Assembly (NCBI GenBank): GCA_963779755.1
Contig: CAVZZO010000003.1
Span: 416,001-480,000, forward strand
Source: an uncultured Gemmatimonadales bacterium
Lineage (GTDB): Bacteria > Gemmatimonadota > Gemmatimonadetes > Gemmatimonadales > GWC2-71-9
Reading direction: 5' to 3'
Length of the DNA stretch: 64,000 nt
The position numbers were made by a program, and so were the translations under genes. Of this stretch, positions 18,699 to 27,466 are shown one piece after another. Under the pieces are notes generated by a model, which ran no database searches, was not told where the DNA came from, and saw only the letters and a program-made list of their open reading frames with translations. How positions within the stretch are numbered: position 1 is the first letter of the stretch; every line of letters starts with the position of its first letter.

Positions 18699-20231
18699 GT
18701 GCCACGAGCGCTCATTTCCGTCAGCGATAAACGCGGGATCGTCACCTTTGCCCGGGGCCTCAGCGAGCTGGGCTGGGATATCATCTCCACCGGCGGCACC
18801 GCCGCCGCGTTGAAGAGTGCCGGGGTGCCGGTGACGCCGGTGGACCAGGTCACCGGCTTTCCCGAGATCCTCGACGGCCGGGTGAAGACGCTGCACCCGG
18901 CCATCCATGGCGGCCTGCTGGCGCGCCGCGACGTCCCGCAGCATCGGGAGGCCCTGGAGCGGCACGGGATCACCCCGATCGACCTGGTGGCGGTGAATCT
19001 CTATCCCTTCCAGGCCACCATCGCCAAACCGGACGTGATCTTCGAGGACGCCATCGAGAACATCGACATCGGCGGCCCCTCGATGCTGCGCAGCGCGGCC
19101 AAGAACCACGAGTCGGTGGTAGTAGTGGTGGACCCGACCGACTACGATGGCGTGCTGGAGGAGCTGCGCCGGGGCGAGCTCTCGGCCCATGCCCGGCGCC
19201 TGCTCGCGGCCAAGGTCTTCGCCCACACGGCGGATTACGATGCCGCCATCGCCGGCTATCTCTCTCCCCGGGAAGACGGTCTGCCCCGCCATCTGAGTCT
19301 GTCGCTGCACCGGGCCCAGGCGCTGCGCTACGGCGAGAACCCGTTTCAGCGCGCCGGCCTGTACGTGACCGAGGAGCCGCGCGGGATCAACGACATGACC
19401 CAGCGGCACGGCAAGGAGCTGTCGTTCAATAACCTGCTCGACCTCGATGCCGCCTCCGCCGCCGTGAGCCTCTTCCGCAACCAACCGGCGTGCGTAATCA
19501 TCAAGCATACGACGCCCTGCGGAGTGGCGGTGGGCCCCACCGCCGAGGTGGCCTTCCGGCGCGCCCACTCGACCGACAGCCAGTCGGCGTTCGGCGGGGT
19601 GGTCGGGTTCAACACGGTGGTCGACCGGCAGACGGCCGAGGCAATGCGCGAGCTGTTCCTGGAGGTCATCGTCGCGCCGTCCTTCCACGAGGAGGCGCTG
19701 GAGATCCTCTCGGGCAAGAAGAACCTGCGCATCGTGGAGCTGCCGGTCGACCAGGGCAACGGGGGCGGACTGGATTTCAAGACGGTGCGCGGCGGGTTTC
19801 TGGTGCAGGACCGCTTCCAGTTCGACCGGCGCGACAACAACTGGACCATCGCCACCAGCCGGCGCCCCACCGACGCCGAGGTCCGCGATCTGCACTTCGC
19901 CTGGTGCGCGGTGGCGCTGGTCAAGTCCAACGCCATCCTGCTGGCGAAGGAGGAGCAGGCGATCGGCATCGGCGCGGGACAGATGAGCCGGGTGGACGCC
20001 GCGTTCCTCGCGGTGCACAAGGCACGGCAGCAGGGGCATGACCCGCAGGGCAGCGTGCTCGCCTCCGACGGCTTCTTCCCCTTCCCCGACAGCGTGGACG
20101 AGGCCGCGGCGGCCGGCATTACGGCGATCATTCAGCCCGGGGGCTCGGTGCGCGACGCCGAGGTGGTCGCCGCCGCCGACCGGCACAAGCTGGCGATGAT
20201 TCTGACGGGGCGGCGGCAATTCCGGCACTGA
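18699..20231 (+). CDS. purH: Bifunctional AICAR transformylase/IMP cyclohydrolase
   Basis: RALISVSDK, GRVKTLHP, IDIGGPSM, LRYGENP, KHTTPCG, GQMSRVD, ASDGFFPF. Confidence 0.98.
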   Translation: MPRALISVSDKRGIVTFARGLSELGWDIISTGGTAAALKSAGVPVTPVDQVTGFPEILDGRVKTLHPAIHGGLLARRDVPQHREALERHGITPIDLVAVNLYPFQATIAKPDVIFEDAIENIDIGGPSMLRSAAKNHESVVVVVDPTDYDGVLEELRRGELSAHARRLLAAKVFAHTADYDAAIAGYLSPREDGLPRHLSLSLHRAQALRYGENPFQRAGLYVTEEPRGINDMTQRHGKELSFNNLLDLDAASAAVSLFRNQPACVIIKHTTPCGVAVGPTAEVAFRRAHSTDSQSAFGGVVGFNTVVDRQTAEAMRELFLEVIVAPSFHEEALEILSGKKNLRIVELPVDQGNGGGLDFKTVRGGFLVQDRFQFDRRDNNWTIATSRRPTDAEVRDLHFAWCAVALVKSNAILLAKEEQAIGIGAGQMSRVDAAFLAVHKARQQGHDPQGSVLASDGFFPFPDSVDEAAAAGITAIIQPGGSVRDAEVVAAADRHKLAMILTGRRQFRH

Positions 20232-20327
20232 CAGGAATCAGGCATCAGGAATCGGGAATCAGGGGCCCTCCCCTCCCCCCATTCCTGATTCCCCGTTCCT
20301 GATTCCTTCATTCCTTCATTCCTGGTC
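20232..20327. repeat. Inverted heptamer tracts (CAGGAAT)n ... (ATTCCTG)n
   Basis: Begins immediately after the purH TGA and ends just before the next ATG. Confidence 0.85.
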
Positions 20328-22511
20328 ATGACCGACACGCAAAGCGAACGTCCTCCGTACCTCTGGGCCGCGCTCACCTTCGCGGTGATCCTCGCGATCT
20401 ACATCGCGACCCTGGCCCCGACGACCGCGTTCTGGGACACGTCGGAATACATTGCGGCCGCCTATTCGCTGGGCATCCCCCACCCGCCGGGGAATCCGCT
20501 CTTCACCGTGCTGGCGCATACCTGGGGCGCCATCCCCTGGGCCGCGAGCTACGCGGTGCGGATCAATCTCTTCGCCGCCGTGACCAGCGCGCTGGCTGCC
20601 GGCCTCTGGTTTCTGGTCGCGGAGCGCTGGCTGCGGAGCATCGTGACGGTGCGCTGGGCCCGGCTGGCGGCCGCGTTCGCCGGCACCCTGGTGGGCGCCA
20701 CCAGCTGGACGGTGTGGAACCAGTCCACCGTGAACGCCAAGGTCTATACCGTCTCGCTGCTCACCCTGGCCTTCACCCTGTGGCTCACCGTGCGCTGGGC
20801 AGACAACGAGCCCGGACCGCACCGCGACCGGCTGCTCATCCTCATCGCCTATGTCGTCGCGCTCAGTACCACCAATCACATGATGGGCGCGCTGATCGTG
20901 CCGGTGATCGGGATCTACATCCTGATGACCGACTGGCGGGTGCTGCTGCGCCCCGGCCTGCTGGCCGCCGTGGTGGTGGCGGCGGGGCTGGGCTGGTCGC
21001 TCAACTTCATGCTGCTGATCCGCTCCGCCCAGTATCCCCCCATCAACGAGGGCGAGCCGACCACGGTGGCGGCGCTCAAGGCCGTGCTCAACCGCGAGCA
21101 GTACGGCAAGCCGTCGATTTTTCTGCGGCAGGCCGACTTCCCAGCCCAGCTGGGGAACTATCTGCAATACTTCTCCTGGCAGTTCGCGGGGGACTGCTCG
21201 CGCGGATTCAATGCGTCCTGCCTCTGGTTCAACAAAGCCGCCACCGCACTGTTCGCCGTGCTCGGCGTGGGCGGCATCATGGCCCTCTGGGCCCGCCGGC
21301 GCCGGGCGGGCATCGCGCTGGTGGTGCTGCTCTTCACCTTTACCATCGCGCTGGTGTTCTATCTCAACTTCAAGTACGGCTTCTCCTGGCACCCCGAGCG
21401 GAACCTGATCCGCGAGGTGCGCGAACGGGACTATTTCTTCGTCGCCAGCTTCGCCGCCTGGGGCCTGGCCGTGGCCCTGGGGCTCGGGGCCCTGATGCGC
21501 ATCATCGTGGATTTCCTGCGCGACCGCGGGACGCCCACCTCCCGCTGGGCCGCCGCCTCGCCGGTGCTGGCGCTGGCCCTGATTCCCATTTTCGGCAATC
21601 ACATTACCGCCAGCCGCGCGCACGAAACGCTGGCCCGCGACTTCGCCGCCGACATGCTCCAGTCGGTGGAGCCCTACGGCATCCTCATCACCGCCGGCGA
21701 CAACGACACCTTCCCGCTCTGGTATGCCCAGACGGTCGAAGGTATCCGGCCCGACGTGACCCTGGTGAACCTCTCGCTCGCCAATACCGACTGGCACCTG
21801 CGCCAGCTCCGCCGGCGCGAGACGCCGGCGTTCAATCCGGCGGAGGCACCGGACCTCTGGAAGCCGCGCCCCGCGGAGCCGCAGCGGCAGCTGACCGATA
21901 CCGGCGCGGTGGTGGCCCAGGGGGAACAGTGGCCCAAACCCACCAGCCCGGTGTTCTCCCTGACCCAGGATCAGCTGGACCAGATCCCGCCGATCAGCCT
22001 GGCCCCGTCGTCCGGCAAGTCCCAGTTCGGCAACGTGACTATCACCTATGGCAACCGGGAGCTGGAGAAGTCGGACGTGGCTGTGGCCCTGCTCATCAAG
22101 GACAACCTGGGCAAGCGCCCCATCTACTTCGCCTGGAGCGACGGCGGTTACCCCGATCAGACACTGGGGCTGGCGCCGTACCTGGTCACGCAGGGCATGG
22201 TGCGGAAGCTGAACAACGGTCTGGTACAGCCGGTGGACGATTCGATCGTGGTGAGCCGGGGCTTCGGCTACGTGGACCTGCCGACCACCGAGAAGCTGCT
22301 GTGGGATGTGTACCACTGGAAATCAGCCACGCGGGAACGCCCCCGCGGGTGGGTGGACGAACCCTCGTCGCCCATCCTCCGGCTCTACGGCATTGTGTAT
22401 CAACTGATGGGAAATACCCTGCTGGCGCAGGGCGATACGGTGCAGGCCATGCGGGCCGATTCGGTCTCCCGGTCGGTCTACCAGAACCTGGAGTACCGCA
22501 CCGGCCACTAG
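20328..22511 (+). CDS. DUF2723 / TMEM260-like GT-C membrane glycosyltransferase
   Basis: TLAPT..FWDTSEY...LGIPHPPGNPLF, EVRERDYFF, GDNDTFPLWY motifs; many TM segments. Confidence 0.85.
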   Translation: MTDTQSERPPYLWAALTFAVILAIYIATLAPTTAFWDTSEYIAAAYSLGIPHPPGNPLFTVLAHTWGAIPWAASYAVRINLFAAVTSALAAGLWFLVAERWLRSIVTVRWARLAAAFAGTLVGATSWTVWNQSTVNAKVYTVSLLTLAFTLWLTVRWADNEPGPHRDRLLILIAYVVALSTTNHMMGALIVPVIGIYILMTDWRVLLRPGLLAAVVVAAGLGWSLNFMLLIRSAQYPPINEGEPTTVAALKAVLNREQYGKPSIFLRQADFPAQLGNYLQYFSWQFAGDCSRGFNASCLWFNKAATALFAVLGVGGIMALWARRRRAGIALVVLLFTFTIALVFYLNFKYGFSWHPERNLIREVRERDYFFVASFAAWGLAVALGLGALMRIIVDFLRDRGTPTSRWAAASPVLALALIPIFGNHITASRAHETLARDFAADMLQSVEPYGILITAGDNDTFPLWYAQTVEGIRPDVTLVNLSLANTDWHLRQLRRRETPAFNPAEAPDLWKPRPAEPQRQLTDTGAVVAQGEQWPKPTSPVFSLTQDQLDQIPPISLAPSSGKSQFGNVTITYGNRELEKSDVAVALLIKDNLGKRPIYFAWSDGGYPDQTLGLAPYLVTQGMVRKLNNGLVQPVDDSIVVSRGFGYVDLPTTEKLLWDVYHWKSATRERPRGWVDEPSSPILRLYGIVYQLMGNTLLAQGDTVQAMRADSVSRSVYQNLEYRTGH

Positions 22512-23063
22512 CCGGCGGGGCGCCGGGGCCTGCCGGACCCTGCCGCCGCCGGCGGCCCGGCCACCGAGACCATACGGCAGCGTGATCTCCATGCCGGCTG
22601 CCGAATGGCCGGGGTACATCGCCGCTGGTCGGGAGACAGCCGCGATGCCATGGATTGACCGGCGCAGGTCTCGAAGCTGCCGGCGGCACAGTCGACAACG
22701 ATCGGGCGGCGGACGAGCCTGCCCAGGGTGATCCCGGCCAGAAGTTGCATCATGCCGGGAAGGGGCGGGGTTAGTTGTGGCGCCGGAGTAACAGTCTGGT
22801 CGAATTGGATCCGGCCAAGCAGTTACCCCCTCAACTACGCCGCAAGGGCGCTCGCAGGATGACGGACCCTCCGCCCCGTCGCGGGTACCATCCACAGCCG
22901 GCCTGAAACACCCATCCTCTTTTTCCATCGCGGGTTCGCGGCGCGCCGGCGGGACCGGAGCGATTCTTGCTTGTGGCTCTCCCGTCCCGGCACGGTCGCC
23001 GCTGTCCGGGACTCTCCTGTACAAGAACTGTTCGTGTCAGAAAATCAGACGTCCGGAGGACCC

Positions 23064-23282
23064 ATGCCGCGTACTCAGGCCCGCGTCAAACCGATGGATG
23101 CCCACCATTATCCCCGGCTGCAACCGGATATCTGGTACGGAGTCACTCCGATCTTCCCCGGCGTCACCCAGCGGATGGTGAACCTTGCCGGCGAGCGGCT
23201 CGCCCGCCTCGAGACGCCTCCCGATTATACCACCGTGAAGGCTGAACATTTCGAGTTCCGGCAGTGGGAGGACGAGGCCTAA
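23064..23282 (+). CDS. Small hypothetical protein (72 aa)
   Basis: GGAGGA RBS before the ATG at 23064; MPRTQARVKP...YPRLQPDIWY...EHFEFR. Confidence 0.65.
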   Translation: MPRTQARVKPMDAHHYPRLQPDIWYGVTPIFPGVTQRMVNLAGERLARLETPPDYTTVKAEHFEFRQWEDEA

Positions 23283-23914
23283 TCCAGCTGCGGCACGGTG
23301 GGAGGATCGTTACAGAGGCTGGTCATGCTGTTGAGATCGGCGTCGGCAACGGTGAGTGTCAGGCTGGTGACACCCGGCAGGACGGGGATCTCCACCATCC
23401 AGGTAAAGTTGTCGACCGGATGCCAGGCCCAGTCGTCTCCCACCGAAGACGCGGTGGGGCCGCCGGCGACTGCCGCCACCGCGTGCGACGCCATCCGGCG
23501 ATCCACCGTCTTCCGCCCCTGCAGATCCACCACGGTCGCCAGCGCGTAGGCCCCCGCCAGCGAACAGTGCAGAATCGCGGGCGCGAAGCGCACCAGCCGC
23601 AGGTTGATCAGATCGGGGCCGGTAAAGCGGCTGGCGACCGAAACGGGCTGGTACCGGACGTCGTCAATCCAGATCGAGCTGGGTTCCTGGTGTACCTGGA
23701 GGCGATAGAAGCCGTCCGGGCCCGTCACGGCAAGGGCGCCGTTAGTCCCCCCGACGACCCGCACGCCCTCCACCGGCGTTCCCAGCAGCGAGTCGAATAC
23801 CGTTCCGCTCACCGCGACCAGTCCCGGCTCGATCGTGTCGGGGGCGGCCGCATCGGGCGGGCCGCCGGTGCAGGCGGCGGCAGCCAGCAGCAGGAAAACC
23901 GGGAAGCGGGGCAT
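23279..23914 (-). CDS. Lipoprotein with carboxypeptidase-regulatory-like beta domain
   Basis: LAAAAC lipobox; VSGTVFDS..GTPVEGVRV...TGPDGFYRL. Confidence 0.7.
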   Translation of the reverse strand: MPRFPVFLLLAAAACTGGPPDAAAPDTIEPGLVAVSGTVFDSLLGTPVEGVRVVGGTNGALAVTGPDGFYRLQVHQEPSSIWIDDVRYQPVSVASRFTGPDLINLRLVRFAPAILHCSLAGAYALATVVDLQGRKTVDRRMASHAVAAVAGGPTASSVGDDWAWHPVDNFTWMVEIPVLPGVTSLTLTVADADLNSMTSLCNDPPTVPQLD

Positions 23915-23950
23915 GGCGTCCTCCAGCGAGGCCCGGACGTCAGTATACGG

Positions 23951-24021
23951 CGGGAATCGGGAAGGGGGAATAGGGAACGGGGAACTTGCCCGTTCCCTTT
24001 TCCCCCCTTTCCCCTTTCCCT
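23951..24021. repeat. Inverted purine/pyrimidine tandem tracts (GGGAATC-type ... TTCCC-type)
   Basis: gggaatc gggaagg gggaata gggaacg arm, then a C/T-rich arm just upstream of tRNA-Ser. Confidence 0.7.
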
Positions 24022-24034
24022 ATCTTCCGGCCCG

Positions 24035-24121
24035 GGCGTGGTGGCAGAGCGGTCGAATGCAGCGGTCTTGAAAACCGCCGAACGGGTAACCGTTCCGTGA
24101 GTTCGAATCTCACCCACGCCG
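24035..24121 (+). tRNA. tRNA-Ser (anticodon TGA)
   Basis: Acceptor GGCGTGG/CCACGCC plus G discriminator, anticodon arm GCGGT-CTTGAAA-ACCGC, long variable arm, GTTCGAATC; CCA not encoded. Confidence 0.95.
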
Positions 24122-24146
24122 TTTCCCCTCTCCCCCTCCCCACCCT

Positions 24147-24251
24147 GTCGAGGGGTCGAGCTCCACGGCAGCCGCCCCACTCCCCTGTCGAGGGGGTCGA
24201 GCCGCTCCTCGACCCTCTCGACCCCCTCGACCCCCTCGACCGTCTCGACCC
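24147..24251. repeat. Inverted nonamer tracts (GTCGAGGGG)n ... (CTCGACCCY)n
   Basis: Two gtcgagggg.tcgag blocks, then about five ctcgaccc units downstream of the tRNA. Confidence 0.85.
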
Positions 24252-24289
24252 GGTTTCCCAAACGCCTCTACCGGTGTAATCTGCGGATC

Positions 24290-24718
24290 ATGGATGACGA
24301 TATTCTCGCCGAAGTCCGTGACAAACTGACCCAGCTCCTCGCCGCGTATGATGAGGAGGAGGACCCCTACACCTACGGGTTCGTGCTGCACCCGCGCGAT
24401 CACGCCGGCGACATGCGCTTCGGCATCATCACCCTGAGCGGCGAGAGCCTCATGCTCTCCCGCACCCTGCTCGATGCCCTGCTCGACGAAGTCTGCTGGA
24501 TCTACGGCGCCGTGCCCGTACAATTGCGCGCCCCCAGCCCCGGGCCTCCGGGCAGCGACGGCGCCGCCCTCTCCCTCTTCATCCACCACCTCGACGACAC
24601 CGCCCAGGCGCCGGAGCTTTCCGCGCTGCTTCCCGGCGAGGGGCCGGTGACGCCGGAAACCCTGCGGGAACCGCTGCTGGCACTGACCCATGCCCGGCCC
24701 GAAGGGTGGCCGCCCTGA
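24290..24718 (+). CDS. Hypothetical protein
   Basis: 142-aa ORF with protein-like composition; no family recognised. Confidence 0.6.
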   Translation: MDDDILAEVRDKLTQLLAAYDEEEDPYTYGFVLHPRDHAGDMRFGIITLSGESLMLSRTLLDALLDEVCWIYGAVPVQLRAPSPGPPGSDGAALSLFIHHLDDTAQAPELSALLPGEGPVTPETLREPLLALTHARPEGWPP

Positions 24719-25455
24719 CGGCCGAAGGCGCGAAGACGGTCGGCGCTGACGTGGCAGCCTCCCTCACCGACGGCGAGAGTTCCGGCACGGCCGGGACCGC
24801 GCCGCCGCCCTTGCGCCGGCGACGCGCCGCACTGCTGGCGCTGCTGGTGGCAGCGCTGGCCGTTCTCGCCTCCACTGACCGGCTGCACCGGCCCATTCTC
24901 CAGGTGCTGGCCTGGGCCGCGGGCATCATCGCCGCGCATCCCATCGCCGGCGCCCTGCTCTTCCTGCTGCTCTCCGCTCTCTCCGCCATGCTGGCGTTCG
25001 TCTCCACCGCGGTGCTGGTGCCGGCGGCGCTGCTTGCGTGGGGGAAGGCTCCGACCCTGGCCCTCCTGTGGGCCGGCTGGATCCTGGGGGGCGCTACCGC
25101 GTATGGCCTCGCGTGCGGACTGGGCCGACCCCTGGCGGCCCGGCTCGCCTCCGCCTCCACCGTCGAGCGGTACGAGCGGCGCCTGAGCCGGCATAGCAGC
25201 TTCGGTCTGGTGCTGCTCTTCCAACTGGCGCTGCCTTCGGAGATTCCCGGCTATGTGCTGGGGCTGGCGCGCTATCCCTTTGGCCGTTACCTGGCGGCGG
25301 TCGCATTGGGAGAGCTGCCCTATGCGGTGGGAACCGTGTACCTGGGGAGCGAATTGCTGCGCGGCAACGCCCTGCTGCTGGTCGCACTGGGAGCCGCGGG
25401 CCTGCTGCTCAGCCTGGGCGCGTTTCGGCTGCTGCATCAGCGCCTGGCGCGCTGA
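24706..25455 (+). CDS. TVP38/TMEM64 (VTT/DedA-type) membrane protein
   Basis: Hydrophobic; WILGGATAYGLACGLGR, LPSEIPGYVLGLARYPFGRY; start uncertain. Confidence 0.75.
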   Translation: MAALTAEGAKTVGADVAASLTDGESSGTAGTAPPPLRRRRAALLALLVAALAVLASTDRLHRPILQVLAWAAGIIAAHPIAGALLFLLLSALSAMLAFVSTAVLVPAALLAWGKAPTLALLWAGWILGGATAYGLACGLGRPLAARLASASTVERYERRLSRHSSFGLVLLFQLALPSEIPGYVLGLARYPFGRYLAAVALGELPYAVGTVYLGSELLRGNALLLVALGAAGLLLSLGAFRLLHQRLAR

Positions 25456-25456
25456 G

Positions 25457-26332
25457 CTACCGCCCCGGCCGGCGCAGCGAGCCCAGCGCCGCCCCTGACG
25501 CCCGGAGCGTTCCTTCCCGGAGGAGGAGGCGAACCGAGGCAGAATCCACCACGTCCGGCCCCACACCCGCGTCCGCCAGCAGCCGGTAGAGCAGGTCCTC
25601 CAGAGCCGGGCCGTAGTGATGGTAGATATCCGGATACACCATCAGGCTGTCATGGCCCACCAGCGCCACGTCATAGCGAATCTCGAGCGGCACTCGCTGC
25701 GGCAGGTCGGTCACGCGCACTTCCCCTGACGAGGGCAGCGGAGCCGAAGGGACGGAGTCCGTGCGGTTCCCGCGACGCCAGACCAGGCCGGCCAGCGCCA
25801 GAGCATCGGTGTTCGACAGCCGCACACACCCGTGGCTCGCCGGCTTGCCGAGCGAGGTCGTGTCGGCGGTGCCGTGCAGGTAGTAGTCGGGCCGGCGGAA
25901 CAGCAGCTTGACCCGGCCCATCGGGTTGGCCGGACCCGGGGGGGTGATGGTATCTCCCGCCGCCCAGGGGGCGCGGGGCGGCACCCACCAGGGGTTCCAG
26001 ACGATTCGCTCTACCTGGAACTCTCCCACCGGCGTGGGATACTCGGCCTGCCCCACCGCGACCGGATAGGTGGCGGCCGTCGTTCCCCGGTCCAGCACCT
26101 GGAGCTGGAAGGAGGGCAGGTTTAACCGGAGCGACAGGCCGGCGGGCGGGGCGGCTTCCTCCCGGGCGGGCTCCTCCGCATTCGCCGCCGCCGATTCCGC
26201 CGGGGCCGGAGCCCCGCAGCCGGGATCCGGCTGCGCTGCGGGTGGCTCCGGATGGCCACAGGCCCCAAACAGGAGACAGACAGCGCCCAGCGCGGCGTAG
26301 CCGCCCCAGGGGCGGACGTCCACCCGATTCAC
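25457..26332 (-). CDS. L,D-transpeptidase (YkuD) lipoprotein
   Basis: LFGAC lipobox; YPVAVG..YPTPVG, NPWWVPP, GPANPMG, YLHGT...SHGCVRL. Confidence 0.88.
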   Translation of the reverse strand: MNRVDVRPWGGYAALGAVCLLFGACGHPEPPAAQPDPGCGAPAPAESAAANAEEPAREEAAPPAGLSLRLNLPSFQLQVLDRGTTAATYPVAVGQAEYPTPVGEFQVERIVWNPWWVPPRAPWAAGDTITPPGPANPMGRVKLLFRRPDYYLHGTADTTSLGKPASHGCVRLSNTDALALAGLVWRRGNRTDSVPSAPLPSSGEVRVTDLPQRVPLEIRYDVALVGHDSLMVYPDIYHHYGPALEDLLYRLLADAGVGPDVVDSASVRLLLREGTLRASGAALGSLRRPGR

Positions 26333-26491
26333 TGACCGGCTGCCTGGCCCATCGCCGGAGCGTCTCACTTCACACCTCATTCAGAGTGTCTTCAGACGCG
26401 TTCGGGTACTGTTCTCCGGTACTTTGCGGAAATGCTCGCCTTCCTCACCACTCAGGCGCCAGTCATCGCCCCGAGGACTACCGTACCAGTG

Positions 26492-27445
26492 ATGAGCGAT
26501 TTCGAGCTCGACCTCCACGACGATGCCTCCCCCGCCGGCGATCCCCCGCGGCCAACCGAGCCGGAAAACACCCATATCGCCCGCCTGCTGGAAGAAGCAG
26601 CCCGGCTGCTGGAGGAGCAAGGGGCCAACCGGTTCCGGGTACACGCCTACCGCGCGGCCGCCGCAACCCTGCGGCAGCTCGACCGTCCGGTGAGCCTGAT
26701 CCTGGATGCGCAGGGCCTGGAAGGCCTGGAACGGCTTCCGACGATCGGCATAATGCTGGCGCGGGCCATCCGGGACATGTTGCGCACCGGCCGCTACCCC
26801 ATGCTCGAGCGCCTGCGGGGCGAGAGCGACCCCGTCGAGCTGCTGGCCGGTGTTCCCGGAATCGGGGTCACGCTGGCCGATCGGATTCATCACGACCTGG
26901 GGATCGACACGCTGGAGGAGCTGGAGGCCGCCGCGCACGACGGGCGGCTCGCGACGCTGCCGGGGTTCGGGGCCAAGCGGCTGGCCGGCGTGGTGGACTC
27001 GCTCGCCGCCCGCCTGGAGCGGGTTCGTCGCCGCCCCGACGGAACCCGGGAGGACGAGCCTCCCATCGGCGAGGTGCTGGACGTCGACCGGGAGTACCGG
27101 CGCAAGGCGCGAGTCGGGGCACTCCCTCACATCGCGCCGCGCCGCTTCAACCCCGAGAACAAGGCCTGGCTTCCCATTCTGCATACCCAGCGGGGCGACC
27201 GGCACTATACCGCACTCTTCTCCAATACCGCCCGCGCCCATCGCCTGGGCCGCACCGCCGACTGGGTGGTGATCTATCACGACGGCGACGGACCGGCGCA
27301 GCAGTGCACCGTGGTCACCGGCCGCCAGGGGGCGCTCCAGGGTCGCCGGGTGGTTCGTGGTCGCGAGCTCGAGTGTATCGGCTACTATGAAGAACGGGCC
27401 CGCCTGCGCAGTGCCGCGGGCGGAGACGGGCCCAGCGACGACTGA
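26492..27445 (+). CDS. HhH DNA-binding protein with a PolX-like N-terminus and an unknown C-terminal domain
   Basis: NTHIARLLEEAARLLEEQGANRFRVHAYRAAA; HhH motifs LPTIG, VPGIG, LPGFGAKR; no polymerase palm recognised. Confidence 0.8.
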   Translation: MSDFELDLHDDASPAGDPPRPTEPENTHIARLLEEAARLLEEQGANRFRVHAYRAAAATLRQLDRPVSLILDAQGLEGLERLPTIGIMLARAIRDMLRTGRYPMLERLRGESDPVELLAGVPGIGVTLADRIHHDLGIDTLEELEAAAHDGRLATLPGFGAKRLAGVVDSLAARLERVRRRPDGTREDEPPIGEVLDVDREYRRKARVGALPHIAPRRFNPENKAWLPILHTQRGDRHYTALFSNTARAHRLGRTADWVVIYHDGDGPAQQCTVVTGRQGALQGRRVVRGRELECIGYYEERARLRSAAGGDGPSDD

Positions 27446-27466
27446 CCGGCCCGGCAGGAGGTACCC

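Noticed and set aside
22508..22753. 81-aa minus-strand ORF downstream of DUF2723
   Set aside because: No recognisable motif or convincing RBS; cannot be supported
24035..24121. tRNA-Sec (selC), suggested by the nearby selA
   Set aside because: The anticodon reads TGA (Ser), not TCA, and the acceptor stem is a normal 7 bp
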